Of a DNA stretch of 59,527 nt, positions 50,734-59,527 are shown piece by piece. Position numbers and translations under genes: made by a program. Source of the DNA: Octopus bimaculoides (taxonomy: Eukaryota); assembly GCF_001194135.2 (NCBI RefSeq), contig NC_068982.1, positions 45,947,888-46,007,414 on the forward strand. Reading direction: 5' to 3'. The notes beneath the pieces were generated by a model. That model saw only the letters and a list, made by a program, of their open reading frames with translations, had not been told where the DNA came from and ran no database searches. How positions within the stretch are numbered: the stretch's first letter is position 1; every line of letters begins with the position of its first letter.

Positions 50734-51415
50734 TCACAGTACTTCATGGTAGACAATAATTTGTGTGTATGTCACACCACGTTTTTGGTCTTGTCTGTTA
50801 CCCCAATTGAGTGTCATAACTCTTACTTTGATATTGTTCATAGCTTGTGCTCTTGAAAATGTGACATATAATTGGCCATGAGAAAATACCGGTTGAGGCA
50901 AATGTATTCCAACTTTTTCAAATGTTTGCCCTTGAGCCTTATTAATTGTCATTGAATGTGCAAGTCGAAGTGGAAACTGAAGTCTGTTTAGTGTGAATGG
51001 AATATTTGCATCACTTGGGCTAAGTTTAATTCTGGGAATTAGAACTGTACGACCTCTGTTGGAGCCTGTTACCAATGATACCTCTACACAATGTTCATGA
51101 AGTCTTTGCACTTTCATGCGAGTTCCATTACATAATCCTTGACTGATCAAAAGATTTATTTGCAGCATTACAACTTTTAAGTTGAGGCGATGAGGAGGCA
51201 TACCGAATGGAATGAGTGAGTTTATGAATTCAAATGGATAGTTCTGAACCTCCTCTTCATTATTGCAGGACACTGAATCTGTGCTTAAGTACGTTTTAAG
51301 TGCCTCTGGTATAATATTAAGAACTTTTTCATTTATTGCAAGACAATCAATTTTTAAGAGATAAAATTACTCGTTTTTCCATTTAATCTGGCGTGCAGTT
51401 GTTGAAAATTTCCTG
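50734..51415 (-). pseudogene. Helitron RepHel Pif1-like helicase C-terminal fragment
   Basis: GMPPHRLNLKV, GLCNGTR, QFPLRLAHSMTINKAQGQT, FSHGQLYVTFSR and terminal IVYHEVL*. Homology extends upstream through a frameshift near 51350 (RVILSLKN/DCLAINEKVL). Confidence 0.92.
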
Positions 51416-51543
51416 GTAAAAATGTACAAATTGAAATGCAAAAGAACGAAATAATAAATGGATTTATGAAAGAACGTTTGGTAATTGCGTTTATTTCCAC
51501 CACGCGACACTTATAATTGCAAATATGTTTTAACTAACCTATA

Positions 51544-51578
<35 letters not shown>

Positions 51579-51596
51579 TACATTCATATATATATG

Positions 51597-51722
51597 TCTC
51601 GAGTCGTACCTGTAATTCAAAGGGGCCAGCCTTGTCATATTCTGAATCTCTCAGAGGCTGAATCTCCCAGAGAACTACGTTAATGTTATGCATGTCTGTG
51701 GAGTACTCAGCCATTTGTCAGT
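51597..51722 (+). mobile_element. Family C SINE internal fragment
   Basis: cctgtaattcaaaggggccagccttgtc...gagaactacgtt...gtctgtggagtactcagcca. Confidence 0.75.
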
Positions 51723-51943
51723 TAATTTTATCCTCGTGTGGTAATGAAAATTGAAACTGACAGCCAATATTTTCTGTGTCTATGTATCTATGAACTATTA
51801 TTTGGATTTATGTATCTACTGTCTCTCTCACTTTCTCTCTTTCTCTTTCTCTTTCACTTCTTTTGTGCCCCTCTTTTCTCCCGCTTTTGATTTAACGATG
51901 TTTATATGTATCAATGTATCTACTTCTCTTGCGTTGTGATAAA

Positions 51944-52130
51944 CATTTAAAAACACAAAACGAACGCCGTCACCACTCACCGTCTCTTTCACACTCTCTC
52001 TTTCTCTCTCACGCTCACTTTCTCACTCACTCTCTTTCTTCCTCAAATACGTCCTCTCTGAAGCATTTAAAACACAAAACGAACCACGATACCACTCACC
52101 GTCTCTTTCACTCTCTTTTTCTCTCACTAT
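51944..52130 (+). repeat. Tandem duplication, period about 120 bp
   Basis: catttaaaa(a)cacaaaacgaac...accactcaccgtctctttcac occurs at 51944 and 52064. Confidence 0.75.
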
Positions 52131-52274
52131 CTCTTCTCCTCTCTCTCACTCACTCTCTCTCTCTTTCTTACTTCGTCTCTGTCCTTCTCTCTCTCGCTTT
52201 GCCACTTCTTTGAAGTAAGTGTGACGCACACAGCAGATACGTACAAAAACAAAAAGTTAGCATTTTAATATTAT

Positions 52275-52330
<56 letters not shown>

Positions 52331-53202
52331 CTAATAATTCTTCTAGAATATGTTTTTGGTACTTTTATTAACTGATGTGAAAGAAAAAGACGGTGCCCAT
52401 TACCCATTTTAGGGCCTCCACGGAGGAAGGTACGTATTTATAAATCGGAAGCTTTACCAGATTGCGTACAATAATGGCGGAATCCGCTAATGGTGCCAAA
52501 GTGGGAAATAACGTCGCGTCGGAATTTGTACTCAGAGCGCAAACAGTTGGGGGAATAAAAAAGAATACTGTAAGATATGTCATTCAACGCTCTACCGACT
52601 CTACCTTTCCGCTGACCGTAATAAGTATTGTATTTATAGACACCAGAAGAATGGAAAACTAAGCTGACTTCAGCGAAAATTGAACTTAGAACATATGTTG
52701 ACATATTTGCTGACAATGATATATATAACTATTTATATGAATGTATTCCAATGCTTTTTTTTTTAAATTGTTTTTCTTCGATACAGCCACTTCGTTCTCA
52801 TTTTGCACGCGGTTGACTCTTGATTATGTGATATTAAAATGGTGAATTATAAATGTACTGTTAGATGATAGATATTTTAGCATACCAGGTTTAGCAATTA
52901 GAATTTAGCAATTAAAATTACTATTCGTATATCTGAGATTAAGTGAACTGCCCAGAGACATCTAATTTCATGCAATGGTTTAAAAACTCAAATATTATGA
53001 CTTGGACACCAGGTATCTATCTAATTGAGACTTCTAGCAATTTTATTTTTCAGGCGGCCACTATCAAATATCTCAAGTGCATCAATTACTACAGGAATAA
53101 GTATTGTCTTGGTATTCCGCAGTATCCGCAGATCATCTGGCGAGATCCTGATATTTCTCAGTTTTTTTGTTCTTAATTTCTTTGGTATCGACTCTGCTAC
53201 CT

Positions 53203-53398
53203 CTTATTACTCTTTTACTCTTTTACTTGTTTCAGTCATTTGACTGCGGCTATGTTGGAGCACCCAGGACTTATTCTTTGTGAGCCTAGTACTCACTCTA
53301 TCAGTCTCTTTTGCAAAACCGCTAAGTTACGGGGACGCAGACACACCAGGATCGGTTGTCAAGCGATGTTGGTGGGGTGGGGGACAAACACAGACACA

Positions 53399-53453
<55 letters not shown>

Positions 53454-53629
53454 TTATATATACATATATACGACGGGCTTCTTTGAGTTTCAGTCTACCA
53501 AATCCACCCATAAGGCTTTGGTCGGCCCGTGGTTATAGTAGAAGACACTTGCCCAAGGTGCCACACAGTGGAACTGAACCCAGAACCATGTGGTTGGTAA
53601 GCAAGCTACTCAACACACAGCCACTCCTA
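53203..53629 (-). mobile_element. Family A SINE, full length
   Basis: Reverse complement of the 629-1032 copy, including tail repeat and internal (CA)n. Confidence 0.9.
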
Positions 53630-54459
53630 TATTGCAAAATCTATGATCTTACACTGTTTATTTTGTTCTCTGTGATCATATCTAGTCATCTTGCTTCAAT
53701 TGTATGGTCAGAATTTATGGAGAAATCCCACAAGATCTTGTAATTCTCATTATCTATCACAGCTTCTGGTTCATGTTCATACCACTTTTCTGTTGTTTTC
53801 AAGCCACATATTTGGTTAACGTCCCAATGTACCCTTGCCTCTGCACATCAGTTTATCAGCGAGTCTCTACGTGTTAATTTTGCCTAATAGAAATAGTATT
53901 TCCCCACCCAATAAATGAAGTCCATCTCAAACCTGCACGATCAAGATACTACAAGACTAACTCTTTGATAAGCTGCCGAGATTCGAGCTGTTTTGACAAC
54001 TCAAACTATAAGACTTCTTAGTGAATAGTACGTAAGTCCATCGTCGGATTAACTCTTAACCACCACTGTTACTCATATTCAAACGAGTGAACTTGAGCAA
54101 CGTAAAATGAAGTGTCTTGCGCAAAGATGCAACGCAATGTCCGTTCCGAAACTTGAACCATGGACCCAGCAATCATAAGCCCATCATCTCAATCTAGAGG
54201 GCACATGGTTTCACAACAACTAGGTGGACTTTGGTTGTTATATTTCCACGTCGCGTTAAATAAGCATGTGCAACCTAAAAAATTCTGTACCTGCTGGAAA
54301 TAGCTGTCAAATTTCCTTTAAATCACAAACCGCTCTCAAAACTGAAGATACATAAGCTAGTGTAGTTTATTCCTGATAGACCAAAAATAGGGATGGCTAC
54401 GGCTGGAATATCTGGATTAACCTAGAACCAAACAACGACATAATTCTGTGGTTAAGGTT

Positions 54460-54670
54460 TCGTTTTTTAGCCATGTAGCTTCGGATTCAATTGCGCTCCG
54501 CAGCACCTTGGGAAAATATTCCCCTACCGCTTGATAGTCAGTGTCAATTTGTTTACCTTTCCGTGACTTTACGGTTTGGCAAAAGAAGCCGATAGGATGA
54601 AAACCAGATTTTAAAAATAGATACTTTGGCTAGAATCCTTCAACGTGGTGGCCCAGCATGGCCGTATGTT
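54460..54670 (+). mobile_element. Family A SINE, degraded
   Basis: gcagcaccttgggaaaatatt...ttacggtttggcaaaagaagccgatagg...gcccagcatggccg. Confidence 0.6.
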
Positions 54671-55141
54671 TAGTGTCAGGTGGGGTGGTGTTGATAAGCT
54701 TTTTGTCTGCTTAGGAGGCGAATTGGCAGAACTTTTATAGAACGTCGGGTGATAATATGCCTTGCAGTTTATAAATGGTTCCTTGCGTTTTGTGTTCAAC
54801 CCCCACTATGAACCGATAAATGACGTACCGTTCAAGAATTGAAGTATATATATATTTATATAGTCCCAAAATTTAATTAGAAGCACGAAAAAGGAACACA
54901 CGGGAAATTCACACCCGAGACGAGACTTTGCTAATCCCTCGTCAGTTATCGTCCCCAAAATTCTTACAATTTCACGCCTTTAACGGTAATATTAGTCACT
55001 TTTGGAGGCGTCGACAGTGAGAAGCTGCTGGGAATAGCAAACGAACGCTGGGAACAGTGCCGAAAACAAATATGGCAGAAATATGAATATACAAACAAAA
55101 TAAAATAAATATACGTTATACAAACAAAATAAGGCATATAT

Positions 55142-55225
<84 letters not shown>

Positions 55226-56164
55226 ATATGTATGTATAATCGATTTTACCACCCCTTAAAATCTGAGGTATTTTTGAATTGATCAATAATTACAAGAAAT
55301 CAAATGACTTCTGAAGGTGAGTATGTCAGTAAGTTAATAGAGTCAAGATAAATAGATAGTGATAACAACCTAGTTAATGGGGGAAAGTAAAACTTAATGG
55401 TTTTAAGTAATTAATTACTAAGTAAGACTTCAATTAAATTGTAACTAATACTGAAGTCTAATTAGAAGAATGATTCGACGCGGAAGTGGATACACAAGGC
55501 TGCCTACTGAATGGATACCAAATAGTAAATGATAACATATATTTGATGCAATGGTGCCAAAATAACATATCTTGGCTCAGTACAAGCCTGATTAGTTAGT
55601 TGTCGCTCATTTTAGTAATGCTTAATTAGTTTAGTCTTCGTTACCTTCGTTAACAACATTAACGGAACGAGCAAACGAGGGAGCATCTGTGGTGGTCGTT
55701 CTGCATACGGGAAATAGCAGCTAAACCTCTTTTAAACCATATAGTCTATGTAAGAAAAGGGAGAGAACGAGAAGATAAACACCATATAATAAACGATGTA
55801 CCATAGATGATGGTGAGGATGCATTTCCCAGTAGTTAGAGCATTGTATTCATGATTGCGAGATCGGGGTTTCAATTAATGGACCGGTATTCGTGAGTAAC
55901 ACAGGTTATTTCACACTGCTTTCTGATCACTTCGACACCTGACGTGTGGCGCACCAAGCACCTGTTCAGCGAGTTAATATACAGCACAAATATTTGATCA
56001 TTACAAACAAATCATTTGCGTAGGAAATTCAGCAAATTGCAGAACCGTCTTTCTCAGACTTCGAGAGATCGCCTTGTCTAGCTATTCATTTCGTTTTTTA
56101 CTCTTATTTCTAGCAATGCCGGTATTATTTTGTACCCTCGTTTATTAATATATATGCGGCTGGC

Positions 56165-56310
56165 TTTTTGTCTCCCAAATCCACTCGGAAGGCTTTAGTT
56201 GGCCTGAGGCTACAATAGTAGAAGACACTCGCTCAAGGTGCCACGCAGTGAGACTCAGCCCAAACTATGTGCTTGGGAAGCAAACTTCTTACCACGCAGC
56301 TACGCCTGCG
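56165..56310 (-). mobile_element. Family A SINE head
   Basis: agtagaagacactcgctcaaggtgccacgcagtgagac...cttcttaccacgcagctacgcctgcg. Confidence 0.75.
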
Positions 56311-57683
56311 TTTGTAGTTGTCCATTTTCCCTTTGAAAAGAAAAATGGCTTGACGGTCTCACCTGTAACACTTTTGATCAAAGCTCTAACTAACACGTAA
56401 AACTTAGGAATATTAGCAGTCACATACCCGTGTACGAGTGTGATGTTCAACACAACAACAGAATTACTAATCGGGTGGAAAACATCAGCACTCTTGAGTT
56501 CAGATCCTCCATAAACATTATCTCGCTGTTCTTGTCTCAACGTATTAATTCATATTGCTTCAGTTCACCTCGTTGTAATTGTTCTTATTTAGTCTTGGTT
56601 AACACTAATCGAGAAAACTTGTAATCAGAAGAGTTCCAGCTGTGTCTCCTTCCTGCCTTTTACCAGACATTGTGGACTTCAATATTGTAAGACTACGCAA
56701 TCCAATACTCTTTCTAAATATGGATCTCGGTCAGAATTTCCGGCTATTAACTTTCACTTCTTCGATCATCTGATAGACCAGGCTCTTTAAATAAACGTCT
56801 ATGCAACTGAATATTTTCACCAACAAGTGTATAAGTAATATAATTCTCTGGCCGAACCGGCGTAACCCATTGTGACTTGAAATACAGGTACAATCCATTG
56901 AATATGATTCTACACAGTTTCTGTTACCCAATGTCATATATATATATATATATATANNNNNNNNNNNNNNNNNNNNNNNNNNNNNNNNNNNNNNNNNNNN
57001 NNNNNNNNNNNNNNNNNNNNNNNNNNNNNNNNNNNNNNNNNNNNNNNNNNNNNNNNNNNNNNNNNNNNNNNNNNNNNNNNNNNNNNNNNNNNNNNNNNNN
57101 NNNNNNNNNNNNNNNNNNNNNNNNNNNNNNNNNNNNNNNNNNNNNNNNNNNNNNNNNNNNNNNNNNNNNNNNNNNNNNNNNNNNNNNNNNNNNNNNNNNN
57201 NNNNNNNNNNNNNNNNNNNNNNNNNNNNNNNNNNNNNNNNNNNNNNNNNNNNNNNNNNNNNNNNNNNNNNNNNNNNNCCACCTCCCAACATACATATATA
57301 TATATGCATACAGTCTCGCTTCCCCACCTCCCAACACCATCACACCACTACACTATACACCACCATACCACACAACACCACATCACATCACAACACTACA
57401 TCACATCGCAACACCTCGCACACACTAGCACTGACCACTTTTCAGTCCTACATCCACACACCTACACATACACACACGCACACGTCAAGGGCACCAGCCT
57501 TTTTCCACGCGCACATACATACTCTCTTATACCCACGCACGCACAACTTCGTTTTGGGATCACCACTACTTTATTATCTCCCCTTCTTCCTCGCTTTCCT
57601 TATGACCCCTCAAGCATTCGCCATGATGGATCGCTAGCCACTACACATTCTTTATTTTCTCGCCTTGCTTCTTTCTGTGTTCC

Positions 57684-57745
57684 TTTCTGTGGAAAAGCGT
57701 AGGCTCGAAACATTAAAAACTTTTTCACTTCCCGAGCGTTAAAGT
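57684..57745 (+). repeat. Second copy of the hammerhead-bearing repeat seen at 4560-4628 (core degenerate)
   Basis: tttCTGTGGAaaagcgtaggctcGAAAcattaaaaac...ccgagcgttaaagtaataca aligns with the reverse complement of 4560-4630. Confidence 0.55.
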
Positions 57746-57824
57746 AATACATCTGTTTATTGTCTACACTACCTGTCTTCGTCTTTTGTTTTTTTTTTGT
57801 GAATTCTCCCCCTATATATCTATC

Positions 57825-57858
<34 letters not shown>

Positions 57859-58676
57859 AACGGTGGTGCATCAGCATGGCCGCAGCTCTCAGCTGAAACT
57901 ATAGAAAAAAATANNNNNNNNNNNNNNNNNNNNNNNNNNNNNNNNNNNNNNNNNNNNNNNNNNNNNNNNNNNNNNNNNNNNNNNNNNNNNNNNNNNNNNN
58001 NNNNNNNNNNNNNNNNNNNNNNNNNNNNNNNNNNNNNNNNNNNNNNNNNNNNNNNNNNNNNNNNNNNNNNNNNNNNNNNNNNNNNNNNNNNNNNNNNNNN
58101 NNNNNNNNNNNNNNNNNNNNNNNNNNNNNNNNNNNNNNNNNNNNNNNNNNNNNNNNNNNNNNNNNNNNNNNNNNNNNNNNNNNNNNNNNNNNNNNNNNNN
58201 NNNNNNNNNNNNNNNNNNNNNNNNNNNNNNNNNNNNNNNNNNNNNNNNNNNNNNNNNNNNNNNNNNNNNNNNNNNNNNNNNNNNNNNNNNNNNNNNNNNN
58301 NNNNNNNNNNNNNNNNNNNNNNNNNNNNNNNNNNNNNNNNNNNNNNNNNNNNNNNNNNNNNNNNNNNNNNNNNNNNNNNNNNNNNNNNNNNNNNNNNNNN
58401 NNNNNNNNNNNNNNNNNNNNNNNNNNNNNNNNNNNNNNNNNNNNNNNNNNNNNNNNNNNNNNNNNNNNNNNNNNNNNNNNNNNNNNNNNNNNNNNNNNNN
58501 NNNNNNNNNNNNNNNNNNNNNNNNNNNNNNNNNNNNNNNNNNNNNNNNNNNNNNNNNNNNNNNNNNNNNNNNNNNNNNNNNNNNNNNNNNNNNNNNNNNN
58601 NNNNNNNNNNNNNNNNNNNNNNNNNNNNNNNNNNNNNNNNNNNNNNNNNNNNNNNNNNNNNNNNNNNNNNNNNNNN

Positions 58677-58755
<79 letters not shown>

Positions 58756-59527
58756 TCTCTCCCTCTCCCTTTCTCTCTGTCCTGTATTTCATATTTTCTT
58801 CATGAGATATCATTAAAGTCCGTCTTTGTCTACTTCGCATAGCTGTCAAGCCAACGCACCGGCTACTCATTGATTCATTGAACACTCTTAGCGAATGACC
58901 ATCTATCTTTAATGATTTAACATTGCATTTCCGAGCCTCGTATGCGACTATTTACTGTACAGCGCCTGTTAAATATTTCATCGTTCTAGCTTATATGATA
59001 CTATAAGGAAAATTCTCTGAAGAGATTTTTCCTCCTACTTTTCTAAGACAATAAATATTGTTTAGTAATATGACCATTGTGTTTGTTTCTGACTGATTTA
59101 TATACCATCAACCAGAAATATCAACAAATGAGGACGAAGTATTACGTGGCTTAGTGAAAAATGTGTTCAGTTTAACAGCGGCTGACGGCTGAACACGGAA
59201 CAAAACATTTAGAAGTCCTGCGTGGTATACTTGTGGTATAGGTATATATATGTGCGAATGGTTGTGTTTGTGTAAGCGTCTGTATATATGCGATTGTTTT
59301 TTTTTTTTTTTTTGTACGTATGTATGTATGTATGTATTTGGCTTTTTCTCTGTCCAAAAATGGTCTTTTTAACCCAGTGTTTTATAAGCTATACTTTATA
59401 GCTCTATATGATGTGTTTCGAGAACTATTATTCCGAAAAAGAAATATTTCACAATCACTCGAAAGCTCATAAAACACCCATGGCATCAACAATCTCTCTC
59501 TCTCTCTGTGCATGTGTGTATATATAT

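Noticed and set aside
54920-54960. CTGACGA hammerhead-like box on the minus strand
   Set aside because: There is no GAAA box or closing stem II.

Overview
This is AT-rich eukaryotic DNA, very dense in microsatellites and repeats, with about 17 assembly gaps (about 6.5 kb of N, roughly 11% of the window). The SINE complement and the microsatellite/gap pattern suggest an octopus (coleoid cephalopod) draft assembly; this is inference and was not checked against a database. Almost all ORF-track entries are microsatellite or N artefacts. Three protein-coding homologies are recognisable, all from mobile elements: a decayed DD37D (maT-type) Tc1/mariner transposase (about 31.1-32.2 kb, minus), the C-terminus of a Helitron Pif1-like helicase (50.7-51.4 kb, minus) and an RTE-type LINE ORF2 3' end (43.9-44.2 kb, plus). 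The rest is more than 35 copies or fragments of about five tRNA-derived SINE families plus hAT-, mariner-, Tc2/pogo- and Kolobok-like MITEs. The most interesting observations are: (i) several minimal hammerhead-ribozyme-like motifs of the Penelope/retrozyme type, two of which belong to one dispersed family; (ii) a set of candidate microexons on the minus strand (12, 19, 32 and 47 nt) that suggest the window is intronic DNA of a large gene; (iii) dsRNA-forming inverted repeats that could be ADAR substrates; (iv) modular SINEs and a short (TAGA)n-tailed retro-module associated with microsatellites. No host gene could be identified with confidence.
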